Below are positions 21,032 to 31,154 of a stretch of DNA of 64,000 bases, piece after piece. This DNA comes from Candidatus Brocadiia bacterium (GTDB lineage Bacteria > Planctomycetota > Brocadiia > SM23-32), in NCBI GenBank assembly GCA_046538485.1, contig JBKHIT010000004.1:101875-165874 (forward strand), given 5' to 3'. Position numbers and translations under genes: made by a program. The stretch's first letter is position 1; each line of letters opens with the position of its first letter. Below the pieces are notes generated by a model. The model was given only the letters and a program-made list of their open reading frames with translations. It was not told the origin of the DNA and ran no database searches.

Positions 21032-22141
21032 TTGAAAACAATCTCATTTTCCCTCCTTCTCGCACTTTCCTGCGTGTTGTCAGCATGCACAGGCCGACCT
21101 GCCCGCTCTCGCCTTTTGACGAAACACAAACGTATCGTTTTCCTCGGAGATTCCATAACCGATGGTCATACGTACCCCCTGCTTATCGCACAGGCGCTCC
21201 GGGAAGCGGGCTATCGGGTCCCTGATCTCATTAACGCCGGAGTCGCCGGGGACACGGCCAAAGATATGTCCGAGCGCCTCCAAAAGGATGTCCTTTCAAG
21301 ACAGCCCACTATGGTTTTTGTGAGCGCCGGCATCAACGACGTCCACGCGGGATACAGCGTCGAAAAGTACATGACGTATATGCGCGACATCTGCCGCCGC
21401 CTGTCGGAAAAGGACGTGCCCATCACAATAATGACGACAACGATCGTTGGTCCGAAGCACGAAGACAAAAAGGAAACGCTGCTGGCCTACAACGAACAAT
21501 TGCGCGATTTGGCCCGTGCAAAATCCTATCGGCTGGCCGAAATCTATGAAACGATGGAAGCCGAACAGTCCGAAGAGAAAGATCTGCTCTCTGACGATGA
21601 CATCCACCTTAATTTCTCAGGATACCGCGTGATGGCCCGAGCACTCCTGGATTCCCTTGGTTGTAGGGAGGTTCCTGTTCCGGAGAAACTCGAACTCAGC
21701 CTGATTCCGGGCGTTGTGCGGCACTGGAGCATTCGGCCCGCCCGCAAAGATGAGCGGCCTCTCAACACCAACATTGTCAGCAAACTCAAGCCGGACGATA
21801 GCTGGACGGAGCTGAATCTGCCCCAATCCGAAGCGATGGATTCCTGGTGGGAAGATCAGGAGCGGCAACGTGGTTTTGCACAAAAACTGCAAAAACACGT
21901 CGGCCGTGGAGGATCATACATAGGTTGCACGCAAATTCGGAGCGAAACGCAGCGTGCTGTGCAGTTTCTCACAGGCGCCCGCCTCCGCAGCATCTGGCTG
22001 AACGGCGAACGCATTTATCACAACACCGAATGGACGGGCTGGCACGCCGGTAAAGAGCGAGTGCCGGCGACCTTGATGGCGGGGGAAAACCAAATCTTCA
22101 TCGAAACGGGGCCGTCGTTTTTTCTGGCTGTTGATTATTGA
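21032..22141 (+). CDS. SGNH/GDSL hydrolase, probable lipoprotein, with a C-terminal beta domain
   Basis: Lipobox LSAC; GDSITD, NAGVAGD, GIND and DDIH catalytic blocks. Confidence 0.9.
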   Translation: MKTISFSLLLALSCVLSACTGRPARSRLLTKHKRIVFLGDSITDGHTYPLLIAQALREAGYRVPDLINAGVAGDTAKDMSERLQKDVLSRQPTMVFVSAGINDVHAGYSVEKYMTYMRDICRRLSEKDVPITIMTTTIVGPKHEDKKETLLAYNEQLRDLARAKSYRLAEIYETMEAEQSEEKDLLSDDDIHLNFSGYRVMARALLDSLGCREVPVPEKLELSLIPGVVRHWSIRPARKDERPLNTNIVSKLKPDDSWTELNLPQSEAMDSWWEDQERQRGFAQKLQKHVGRGGSYIGCTQIRSETQRAVQFLTGARLRSIWLNGERIYHNTEWTGWHAGKERVPATLMAGENQIFIETGPSFFLAVDY

Positions 22142-22422
22142 CCGGCCGAGGAACCGGCTGCCGAAAAGCTTCCAAAAACCGCTATCCTCGCGTATCAGAG
22201 AAGCCACATACATGCAGGGCGTGAGCGCCGAGCGCGCCCTGCCGTTTTGCCTCTGCACCCAAAACGTCTAAGCGAACGGCAGGTGAAGAAGATTGATATA
22301 TCCTGAACCGACGGGGCACACAAAGGCGCCTCACCCGCTTTACGGATTTGACGTATGAAAGCCGATTGCTACGATAAAAAGTCTCCGATCAACAATTACG
22401 TTTTTTTGGAAAGCGTTAGATC

Positions 22423-23715
22423 ATGCTTAAAGCCATCATTGTCGGTGCCGGACATCGTGGTCTCCTCTACGCTTCGTATGCCAACAGCCATCCGGACAGA
22501 CTGGGCATCGTCGGCGTTGCGGATCCCGATCCGCTTCGGCGCCAGAAAGCGGCCGAACAGCACGATATACCGGCCGATATGCAGTGGGAGACGGCCCAGG
22601 AACTGGCCGCTGAACCCCGGCACGCCGACTTCATCATTAACGCCACAATGGACCATCACCATGTGCCCACTTCGATCCCGCTGCTGGAAGCGGGTTACGA
22701 TATCCTGCTGGAAAAACCGTTTGCCACAAACGAGGACGAAATGTGGGATCTTGTGGAAACGGCCCGCAGCTGCGACCGGCGTGTAGCTATCTGCCATGTG
22801 CTGCGTTATGCCCCCTTCTACGCAGCGATTCGGCAGCGTGTGGCTGCGGGAGAAATCGGAGATATCCTGAACGTCCAGCTGACCGAGCATGTATCGTATC
22901 ACCACATGGCCGTCGGATTCGTTCGCGGGAAATGGAACAACGAAGCCAAGTGCCATTCCACCATGTTGATGGCCAAAAGTTGTCATGATCTCGATCTTAT
23001 GATCTGGGTGAAGAGCGGCATACGACCCGCCCGGGTCGCAAGTTTTGGCAGCAACTACCAGTTTATGCCGGAAAAAGCACCAGAAAACGCTGGAACGCGA
23101 TGTCTCGTCGACTGTCCCATCGAAGAAGACTGTCTATACTCCGCGCGCAAACATTACATCGACCACCCCGATCGCTGGTCATTCTACGTCTGGGCATCCC
23201 TGGAAGATATCGAGAACCCGACCATTGAAGATAAAATAGAATCTCTTAAAACGGACAATCCCTTCGGCCGATGCGTCTGGAAATGCGACAACGATGTGGT
23301 CGATCACCAGTCAGTTGTTGTCGATTTTGAGGACGGATGCACCGGCACCATGAACATGATCGGCGGGACGGCGAAACCGGGTCGATCCATACACCTTGTG
23401 GGAACGGAAGGGGAAATTCAGGGCGCCATCGAGGATACCACTTTCGTTATCCGCCATATCGATACACGCCCCGGCCATGAATACAGCGAAGAGGAAATGG
23501 ACATCAATGCCATGGGGGACACCTCCGGCGTCACAGGCGGCCACGGGGGCGGCGACCTGCGTCTTGTGGACGACTTTGTGCGTGTTCTGAGCGGCGAGCA
23601 ACCGTCAATATCGTGGACGGGACTGGAGGATTCGGTCAGCGGCCATCTGATCGGTTTTGCAGCGGACGAAGCCCGTGAAGACAACACCACCGTCGACCTG
23701 CAATTCCAGCTGTGA
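22423..23715 (+). CDS. Gfo/Idh/MocA family oxidoreductase
   Basis: GAGHRG Rossmann motif, LLEKP, KSCHDLD, GHGGGD. Confidence 0.93.
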   Translation: MLKAIIVGAGHRGLLYASYANSHPDRLGIVGVADPDPLRRQKAAEQHDIPADMQWETAQELAAEPRHADFIINATMDHHHVPTSIPLLEAGYDILLEKPFATNEDEMWDLVETARSCDRRVAICHVLRYAPFYAAIRQRVAAGEIGDILNVQLTEHVSYHHMAVGFVRGKWNNEAKCHSTMLMAKSCHDLDLMIWVKSGIRPARVASFGSNYQFMPEKAPENAGTRCLVDCPIEEDCLYSARKHYIDHPDRWSFYVWASLEDIENPTIEDKIESLKTDNPFGRCVWKCDNDVVDHQSVVVDFEDGCTGTMNMIGGTAKPGRSIHLVGTEGEIQGAIEDTTFVIRHIDTRPGHEYSEEEMDINAMGDTSGVTGGHGGGDLRLVDDFVRVLSGEQPSISWTGLEDSVSGHLIGFAADEAREDNTTVDLQFQL

Positions 23716-23900
23716 ATTGCGCTGCCAGAATCGGAGTCAGTTGTCACCAAATATGGGGGATCCCTGCGAAGTCGCGCCTCGAACTGACCTCGGCAGAATG
23801 ACTCTCAACTCCTAAAAATAAGTGTTATGGACCACTAACCTGCAAATGTTTTCGCCGTTTGTAATAACTCTCCAAACGTGCGATTCGCAGCAGAGAACAT

Positions 23901-26306
23901 TTAAAAATCGTAAATTGGCTTTCTTTCAGGCTCTGTCTGCTGCGGCTGTGTCTTCCCCATCACACACCGCCAGGGGTGCAAGCCTTCTGCCAGACGTTTT
24001 GCCGCGACGGCCCATGGTGTGTCTGAATGTCTGTCCTGGACAGATTTAATGTGTTTCAACGCTTCTTGATATTCGCGTTTTGCTGCACGGGGCCCGACGA
24101 AATCCTCGGGAGCCCTGCCCCTTACCATAGCATAAACTTTCCCGGTCGGTACTCCTCCACCGTGTAGGCTCTGCCATTTTGCCAGCACCTCGTGATATTG
24201 TCCCAACATGAAGTGAATTCGGTGCAATTCGGCGAGCGTCAGGTGAGCATGCGCCAGCCACCGTTTTCGGTTGTGTAAAGAGTCCGTTGAACCGGATTCC
24301 GCTCCCGCTTTCAGTATTTCGTCAAGTTCGCCAAGCGACTGCGAGCAAAACTCTCTGCCTTTACGAGCTTTTTGGAGACACGCCTTTAGTTCTTCCGTTG
24401 AGTCGATCCGGCATTTCAAGTAGAGATCGGGCATACCTTTCCAGACCTTTCGGAGCGTCTTTCGCAAGGGATCTTCCTTGCAGCTTTTGTCGTATTTTTT
24501 CCGGCTGCAAATGTCCGGTGGGTAGCCGACAAACAACTTCTGCGGATCGTAATCAAACGCGTCATCAAGGAGAGAATAAACCCCCTTCGTGTAAACGCAC
24601 AGACGATTCAGATTGTAAATACCATATCCCGATGGGATACCATCGAGTCGGCCTTCCCACCGTGACCATCTATCCAGATCTTCCACCCACCACAGCTCCG
24701 GGCGGGGACATTCCGGACCCCGCTCGACCCAGCCCGAACGCAATTTTCCTGCCTTTTTGTCACCTTTTGGTTTCAGGTCAGTCTGTTCTCGTCTCAGAGC
24801 AATGCGTTCCCGGGGCGTACAGAAACTCGCGATCTTCCCGAGTACGAAAAAGCGTGTGTTTGCTTTGCGCAACATACGGACTGTGCGTTCCAGCGACTCA
24901 TTACTTTCCAGATCATCCCCTGCCTCGTCAGTCAAAGCCGCGATCAAAATGTGCTTGTACTTATCAGCACCGAAATACTGTAGTGCCGTTTCAATGGCTC
25001 CTCCCAGGTTCTCAATGCCGCTATTGTCAGGTTTCATTTCACCGAAAAGCCCCTCCAGCAGTGGCAAACTATACGTGGGCTCACGGACTATCTGGCTGTC
25101 TTTTCCGTAAGCCATCACGGCCCATTTCAAATTCTTCTGACTTGCTTCCGGCAGGTTTTCTTCAACCTCTTCGTAGTCGTGATTCAGTTTACGGGAGAAC
25201 GCAGATACTTGAGAGCACCGCATACTTGGTGAGCGATCCACCAGGAAGACAACAAGCGTTTTTCCCCGTACAGCTGAATTGATAGCTGCAATGCATAAAT
25301 GAGAAACGGCAGGAGGTATTCTTTCCCGGTCGGGTTTTGGTTTGTCCAGCTTTCTTAGAACCGGCAATTCGATATCTTCCAGTTTTTTTCGTGTCACTGT
25401 ATCGGCCGACTTTCTGCTCCCTGATCTTCTGGAAGGTTCTCCTACACGTTTTCGAGACACCTGCAAAGTGGGATCATACGCCCTATGTTCTATGAAGCGA
25501 ATTCTTACCGCGAAAAACGATCCGATCGGAGTCTGGTCCACGGCAAAAAGAGCTATGTTTTTCCGGGTCGGCCGAAGGGCTTTCAATAGACTTTTCAAAT
25601 CTCCGCAGGGTACATCCGGCCGGCACGTCACCCAGATGTGGGCACTATTTACGCGCTTCCCCGGTCCCAGCCGCGAATTCCATGACAATTCCCGCAAGAC
25701 CGAGGGACCGGCGGCCAAATTAAGGCGCTTTTCTATTTCCTGCCGGGATAGTATGCACGGCCCCGCAGTCTCGCGATAGACAGTCTTTCCTTGCGGCGTG
25801 CGACAAATCGTTATCGTCAGCGCCTCGCGCAGTTCCCGTCGCTCACGCCGGGTATAGGCGGGGAATTTACGGGCCGACGCTTCGGGGCCGACATCCCCGA
25901 TCAGATCAATCGGTTCCGGCGACAGATCCGTTTTAACCGTCAGGCTTTTCAGTCTCCATTTCTTTCTTTTTGTAACGCGCTCCGCCTTAATACCGACCCG
26001 TCCAGTCCCTTTACTACCAGAGATGTTGAAAGACAAATCAACCATCGTCGGTTCTTGGAAATTGTCGAATTGCCATCCCAGTATCTTTCCCGCCGCGATC
26101 GACTTTCCCAGAACGCCGATAACACGCTCGTCGGTCTGAGCCCGGAACAGAGCCTCATGGTAAACCTCATGGGATCGGATCAGCGACGTGTGCCGCCACG
26201 ATACGAAATAAACAATTACGCCGACCATTAGAGTGAGTCCAAGAAGCCCCGCCATCAATAGGAGCAACACCCGCCTGTCTGTCGATTTCGCTCCCTCCTC
26301 CATCAT
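23901..26306 (-). CDS. Membrane-anchored Coa1-like / vWA domain fusion protein
   Basis: N-terminal TM; Coa1-like segment (YHEAL...VLG..I...LSFNISGSKGTG...W.LKSLTV...IDL); vWA with DRSPSM and TDEAGDD; planctomycete-type GPECPRPE and H..TPW motifs. Confidence 0.75.
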   Translation of the reverse strand: MMEEGAKSTDRRVLLLLMAGLLGLTLMVGVIVYFVSWRHTSLIRSHEVYHEALFRAQTDERVIGVLGKSIAAGKILGWQFDNFQEPTMVDLSFNISGSKGTGRVGIKAERVTKRKKWRLKSLTVKTDLSPEPIDLIGDVGPEASARKFPAYTRRERRELREALTITICRTPQGKTVYRETAGPCILSRQEIEKRLNLAAGPSVLRELSWNSRLGPGKRVNSAHIWVTCRPDVPCGDLKSLLKALRPTRKNIALFAVDQTPIGSFFAVRIRFIEHRAYDPTLQVSRKRVGEPSRRSGSRKSADTVTRKKLEDIELPVLRKLDKPKPDRERIPPAVSHLCIAAINSAVRGKTLVVFLVDRSPSMRCSQVSAFSRKLNHDYEEVEENLPEASQKNLKWAVMAYGKDSQIVREPTYSLPLLEGLFGEMKPDNSGIENLGGAIETALQYFGADKYKHILIAALTDEAGDDLESNESLERTVRMLRKANTRFFVLGKIASFCTPRERIALRREQTDLKPKGDKKAGKLRSGWVERGPECPRPELWWVEDLDRWSRWEGRLDGIPSGYGIYNLNRLCVYTKGVYSLLDDAFDYDPQKLFVGYPPDICSRKKYDKSCKEDPLRKTLRKVWKGMPDLYLKCRIDSTEELKACLQKARKGREFCSQSLGELDEILKAGAESGSTDSLHNRKRWLAHAHLTLAELHRIHFMLGQYHEVLAKWQSLHGGGVPTGKVYAMVRGRAPEDFVGPRAAKREYQEALKHIKSVQDRHSDTPWAVAAKRLAEGLHPWRCVMGKTQPQQTEPERKPIYDF

Positions 26307-26713
26307 TCCAACCTCCTTGCCTGATCCGTTTTAATGCCATTTGTCTGCAATCCAGGATTTCTTCACAAGAAAGCAGTTCCCGATGCCCTTTTAACCCTAT
26401 TTTATTGCGCGTTGCCCTCTTCTGTCCAGTTGCAATGTCTCGCATACCATCGGCTTTCGGGCAAACTGGACCGCAAGGGGACGGGATCCAGAAGACATGA
26501 TAAGGTAGGAAGATATGGCAAACAAACAATGTGAAGGAGACGCAAAAAGGAGCACGGTCAAGAAAATAAGGTGTCGAAATAAGTCAGGCGTTCTGTCGGT
26601 CCAACAGCGAGATTGTTATGCCGTCCCCCTGAGCCTTCGCCGTATAGCAAACCTCAATGTACGTAACTATGAATGGCTGGGAATAACCCATGCTCTCCAG
26701 GCGGACGTCAATT

Positions 26714-28438
26714 TCATGGAACCACCTTAACCCAGCGGATCTGGTAGGCGGATAGGTAGCCCCGGGAATTTCTGAGCGTCTCCTCCGTGATAATATCGCG
26801 TCCACCCTGGCCCATCTCAAACTGCTGTTCCCGCTCCGTTACATTGTGCAGAGCAAGAATGGTTTCGTCGGTCTCAGTGTTGTGCCGCCTGACCGCGAAG
26901 ATTTCGGGCCCGAAATCGAGCACGTCCTGTTCAGCATCCGGATGGAACGCAGATTCGCGCTGTCGCAACTCGAGCAGATGCATATACCGCCCGAAGACCC
27001 GGTGACGAGGGCTATCCGGGCGGTCAAGTTCGGCTTCGAGGATCCCCCGGTCGAGTTTCTCACGGTTGATGCTCCGGGCACGTCCCGTCTTCTCCACGGC
27101 TTCCAGATCGTTCCGGCTGCCGAGCAAACTCTGAACGTAAATCCCGGGCATACCCCTGAAACACAGCGGTATAGCCTGGGATACCATGAACCTGTCAATC
27201 TGTCGTTCCAGCGATTCGTCGGCGTCCGGGTGATTGACGGCGTCGAAATAATTGAGGTTCAGCTCATAAGGGCTGATGGTTCCATCGCTGTTGCGTTTTC
27301 CGGTGACGTCCCCGTGATGATCGTAGGCCAGCTGCACGAGTTCCCGACGTTCTTCCTCCGAAAGCAGCCCTTCGGTCGGGCGCATACCGATACCATCGTG
27401 GGTTGCCGTAATGTTGAGATAGGTCGCATTTTCTCCAAGATCTTCCAGTCCATCGGCCCACTCGGAGAGATGTCGGGCATTTCCTTTGACCAGAGCGTGT
27501 AGAACCAGCGGTGGCATTGTGAAATTATAGATTATCTGCGACTCGTCCCCCCCTCCCCCGACATACGTCACATTCCGCTCGTGAGGCACGTTGGCTTCGG
27601 CCAGGAGCAGCACATGCGGCGCCGCCAGATCGAACACTTCTCGCATTAATTTGATCAACTCATGCGTTTGAGGAAGATGCGCACAGGACGTCCCCAATTC
27701 TTTCCAGAGATACGGAACGGCATCAAGCCGCAGAATCGAGGCGCCCTTTTTCGCGTAAAACATCAGGACATCGAGTATTTCTATCAAAACTCTCGGCTCA
27801 GCGAAATTCAGGTCGATCTGGTCACGGCTGAACGTTGTCCACAGCCATTCTTCTCCCCGCGTCGTATCATATTTATGCAGAAGTGGTTCGTCTCGGGTGC
27901 GCAGCACAGATGACGTATCGGTTTCCGCCTCGAGCCGGATGAAAAAATTCCGGTATTCGGGGTCCCCTTCGCAGAATCTTTCTGCGTAAATACTTGAGGC
28001 CGAGATGTGATTGATCACGGCATCGAAGACCAGCCGGTAATCTTTCGAGAGGTTCTCAACGTCATCCCAACTGCCGAGGTTCTCCCGCACTTTTCGATAA
28101 TCAGTCACTGCAAAACCATCGTCGGAACTGTAGGGAAAGAATGGCAACAAATGCACTATGTTGATTGTTTTTCCAACCCGGTCCTGGAGGAACGCATAGA
28201 GCGTTTCCAGGGGCTCAGTCCCGTCTTCGAGAATGCTATCGGCATAGGTAATCAGGACCGAATCACGCTGATCCCACCCGCTGCGTCGCTCGGGTATTTC
28301 GGTTTTGTATCGAGCAACGAGTCCCGGCAAAATTCTCTTCAAACTCCGAGCGTCCCGTTCGTTGTACAGCTTTTCAATTCTGCGTTCCAAACGTTTCCAG
28401 ATCAACTCGTCCGTATCTCGTGTCATTCTACGCTCCAC
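26714..28438 (-). CDS. GH13_18 sugar phosphorylase (glucosylglycerate/sucrose phosphorylase-like)
   Basis: LITYADS, HLLPFFPYSSDDGFAV, WTTFSRDQIDLN, RLDAV nucleophile, HDGIG, PYELN, R.INR motifs. Confidence 0.9.
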   Translation of the reverse strand: MERRMTRDTDELIWKRLERRIEKLYNERDARSLKRILPGLVARYKTEIPERRSGWDQRDSVLITYADSILEDGTEPLETLYAFLQDRVGKTINIVHLLPFFPYSSDDGFAVTDYRKVRENLGSWDDVENLSKDYRLVFDAVINHISASSIYAERFCEGDPEYRNFFIRLEAETDTSSVLRTRDEPLLHKYDTTRGEEWLWTTFSRDQIDLNFAEPRVLIEILDVLMFYAKKGASILRLDAVPYLWKELGTSCAHLPQTHELIKLMREVFDLAAPHVLLLAEANVPHERNVTYVGGGGDESQIIYNFTMPPLVLHALVKGNARHLSEWADGLEDLGENATYLNITATHDGIGMRPTEGLLSEEERRELVQLAYDHHGDVTGKRNSDGTISPYELNLNYFDAVNHPDADESLERQIDRFMVSQAIPLCFRGMPGIYVQSLLGSRNDLEAVEKTGRARSINREKLDRGILEAELDRPDSPRHRVFGRYMHLLELRQRESAFHPDAEQDVLDFGPEIFAVRRHNTETDETILALHNVTEREQQFEMGQGGRDIITEETLRNSRGYLSAYQIRWVKVVP

Positions 28439-28612
28439 CTTCTAATTTCGGCCGGGTCTAATCTCATAGCATGTACGAAACCGATACCAAAGGAAAGCGG
28501 CGCCGGCCTGGCGGTTTCCCGACAGGTAACGCTTCAAGGCGGCCGCAAAACTACCCGAACACAGTATAGCATCTCCCGTGTAGTCAGAGGTGACACGTTT
28601 AGCGCACGTTGT

Positions 28613-28639
28613 TAGCCTGCATCCGTAAGATGCAGGCCA
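28613..28639. repeat. 27-bp palindromic element (empty copy of the site interrupted at 32085-32277)
   Basis: GCCTGCATC-CGTAA-GATGCAGGC hairpin; 28613-28632 is the exact reverse complement of 32258-32277. Confidence 0.7.
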
Positions 28640-28664
28640 GTCGCTATTGAGGCTGGGGGGGCGG

Positions 28665-28697
28665 TGCGAGGCGGCGTCGCCGCCACGGCAATCTCGC
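28665..28697. repeat. Degenerate half copy of the REP-like element
   Basis: TGCGAGGCGGCGTCGCCGCCACGGCAATCTCGC closely resembles 33556-33588. Confidence 0.55.
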
Positions 28698-28738
28698 TGT
28701 TATGCCCACGAAATGGACTCTTATGAACCACTGGCACT

Positions 28739-30088
28739 CTACTTTCTCACGCCGAATCTCTCTCGCATCTGTTCTTTCGGCAGAAAAGGGTCTCCGATCG
28801 CTTCGAGCTTTGCTGCAAGCCGGGATGAAAGTTCTGACAGGATCTTTTCGTGCTCTGCACTCTCCGCCAGATTATGCATCTGGTAGGGATCTTCCTCATT
28901 GTCGAAGACGAGCCACGGTGTCCGATCAACTGTCTCGGTGTAGGTATAACGCTCCGTCCGCAATCCCCGCCATTCCGGCACGGGGAAATTGTCCCGGTAA
29001 ACATAGCGATGATATATGCCCGTCAGAGCCGCGTCCGGTTCAGCAGCTCCCGGGATATTCTGGAGATGCTCCCCGTAATTTGTCCCTTCGACTGAATCAG
29101 GACACGACCAGCCGGCCAGCCCGGCCAGAGTCGGCAGAAGATCGACACTGGCGACCGGGACTTTCACCCGATGTCCGGCCGGCAATCCCGCGGGATAACG
29201 GACCAGAAGCGGAATGCGAATGGACTCATCGTAGGGCACGCACTTATAGAGCAAACCATGACTCCACAGCATATCCCCGTGGTCCGAAGTGAATACAACA
29301 ATCGTGTTTTCATCCATTCCCAGCTCTTCGAGTCGCGTCAGCATTCTTCCCAGCATTTCGTCCAACGACGTAACGAGTGCATAAAAATCCCGCGTGCTCT
29401 TCCTCTGTTCCCATGCGGGATCGAGGTACTCACGCGGAATTTCCTCGCAGTTCGGCCGGAAGCTGATTTCGTCCGCGTCGTATCTCTTCCTGTACTTATC
29501 CGGCACCTCCTGGTATGGGTTATGAGGAGGACCGAACGAAACCACCAGCACGAACGGATCCGCACTTTCAGCCTGGCGGTCAAGAAAATCCAGCGCAAGA
29601 TCCGTCTGCACTTCGGGTTCGTAGCCATCCCGCCGAATCAATTCCGGCGAATCTCCCAGATAATATTTCGGCTCGAAGTAACGGTGGTGACAGTTATAGG
29701 CCGCCCAGAACCCATTGAAATCCAGCCGCCGTTCCGGCGGGATGAAAGCATCGCGTGGCGCACCGTCCATGTGCCATTTCCCAATGTACCCCGTGCGGTA
29801 TCCGTTCCTGCTGGCAAGAGTCGCCAGCGACGGGAGGTCTGTTCTGACCTGGTGATCATTGAACAAAAGACGGTGGGTGGTCGGATACGTCCCGGTTAAC
29901 ATCGTCGCACGGTTAGGACTACAGATGGGGCAATTCGAGATGTGCTGCGTGCACATCACGCCCTCTTCGGCCATCCGGTCCATGGTCGGAGTGATCACGT
30001 CCTCATTTCCGTCGGGACGCATGTGATTCGCACTCATCTGATCGGCAAAAACAAAAAGGATATTCGGCGATTTAGCTGGTTCGCGCAT
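28739..30088 (-). CDS. Sulfatase (Cys-type, formylglycine-dependent)
   Basis: PNILFVFADQ, CSPNR (CxPxR), GKWH, PPH.P, SDHG; no signal peptide. Confidence 0.93.
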   Translation of the reverse strand: MREPAKSPNILFVFADQMSANHMRPDGNEDVITPTMDRMAEEGVMCTQHISNCPICSPNRATMLTGTYPTTHRLLFNDHQVRTDLPSLATLASRNGYRTGYIGKWHMDGAPRDAFIPPERRLDFNGFWAAYNCHHRYFEPKYYLGDSPELIRRDGYEPEVQTDLALDFLDRQAESADPFVLVVSFGPPHNPYQEVPDKYRKRYDADEISFRPNCEEIPREYLDPAWEQRKSTRDFYALVTSLDEMLGRMLTRLEELGMDENTIVVFTSDHGDMLWSHGLLYKCVPYDESIRIPLLVRYPAGLPAGHRVKVPVASVDLLPTLAGLAGWSCPDSVEGTNYGEHLQNIPGAAEPDAALTGIYHRYVYRDNFPVPEWRGLRTERYTYTETVDRTPWLVFDNEEDPYQMHNLAESAEHEKILSELSSRLAAKLEAIGDPFLPKEQMRERFGVRK

Positions 30089-30178
30089 TCGTATTTCCGT
30101 TCAACCAAAATGAGCAAAAGTAGGCTATCCTCGCGTCTGAACAATCATTCTATGCCGAGACTCGATACCGCAACAAAT

Positions 30179-30646
30179 TCATTCGGCAAAAAGATCAACG
30201 GGGTCAATGCGCGCCAGCATGATACAGAGATCGTCATACTGGCCACTGACCACACCGCATTCGTAGACGCACAGGACTGTGCCATCGGGGAACTGGGCCA
30301 GGTCAGAGTAGCCCGAGGGACCGTGCTGGAGCTGACGGGTGACCGGCCATGTTTTGCCACCGTCCGAACTCCGCATGTAGAACACGCGTTCGCAATTGTG
30401 ACAGAAGAGCGGGTGAGTCAGAGCTTCCCGCCCGTCTGCAATCGGAGAGAAATTGGAGCACGGATTCGGACCATACTCCTCGGCTGCAGCCAGTCGTATG
30501 GAATCGCTGAAATTCTCGCCGCCGTCGGTGCTGCGGCGCATCAAAATATCGTTCGGATCTCAATCTCCGCCCTGCGACGGACAAGCCTCGGTCGTGAGGA
30601 GGACGGCGTTCCCGGGAGTGGCAAGAAGCGACGGGACGCGGACTGA
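30179..30646 (-). pseudogene. Sialidase/BNR-repeat gene remnant
   Basis: RVPSLLAT (RIP-like motif)...EA..GD*DPNDILMRRSTDGG (TGA at 30560-30562), Asp-boxes STDGG and SSDGGKTW, GYSDL, YE. Only about 155 codons, so internally deleted. Confidence 0.8.
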
Positions 30647-30752
30647 TCGTCTTCCTATTTACTCCGAGACTATTTGCCAGTTCATTGTATGACGCTTCGT
30701 TTCCCACCTGGAGGGCCATGGAGGTTAGAACTTTCTGGAAGAATTGAGGCTT
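30647..30752 (-). pseudogene. Short remnant of an AAA_14/DUF4143-type ATPase (HTH segment)
   Basis: KPQFFQKVLTSMALQVGNEASYNELANSLGVNRKTI resembles the LALQxGxEVSYNEL motif of this family; abuts the sialidase remnant. Confidence 0.55.
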
Positions 30753-30917
30753 TTGTCAAGATGGTGCCCCAAATAACATAGAAGTCGGGCACTGTAGTGC
30801 CCTCATTTACAGTAATTTAGGGTATTAGCGAGCGCGGGGCATGCCAGAGCGCCCCCCGTCTTTGTCGTTCGTTCCAGAACTCGGAACACAGAAAGGGGCA
30901 GAGCGAAGGTGCATGAA

Positions 30918-31154
30918 CTATTCAATCTCGCCGTTCAGCCAGCCCAGTCTCCTTCCGAAGCACGGTATCAGTATTTCGCCTTCCGCCAGTCGAAAACTTT
31001 CTCCGCAGTAATTGGCCGCGAGTTCGGTGCCCGGGCTCACGAGTGTGAAGAGCGTCTTCCCGCGAACCTGGTCCGCTCCCAATTCCAGTAAAGGATCCAC
31101 GGGCAGGAGCCCGGTCTGCTTGCGGGCCGTAATCGTGATAGCGAGTGATCTCAT
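30918..31154 (-). pseudogene. Truncated N-terminus of a zinc-binding alcohol dehydrogenase-like protein
   Basis: V..KTLFTLVSPGTELA motif; overlaps the stop of the upstream isomerase gene; homology ends after about 55 aa. Confidence 0.65.

Noticed and set aside
7769..25282. Alternate-frame ORFs 7769-8740 and 24287-25282
   Set aside because: They fully overlap better-supported genes and have Arg/Ser/Pro-rich, non-protein-like composition.
26455..26560. c-di-GMP-I riboswitch-like words (GGCAAAC...GACGCAAA)
   Set aside because: Spacing and stems do not fit the aptamer, and no plus-strand gene follows.
30560..30562. TGA recoding (Trp or Sec) in the sialidase frame
   Set aside because: Intact genes in the window end in TGA (e.g. 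at 1848, 8088, 16082), and the sialidase is also internally deleted, so decay is the simpler explanation.
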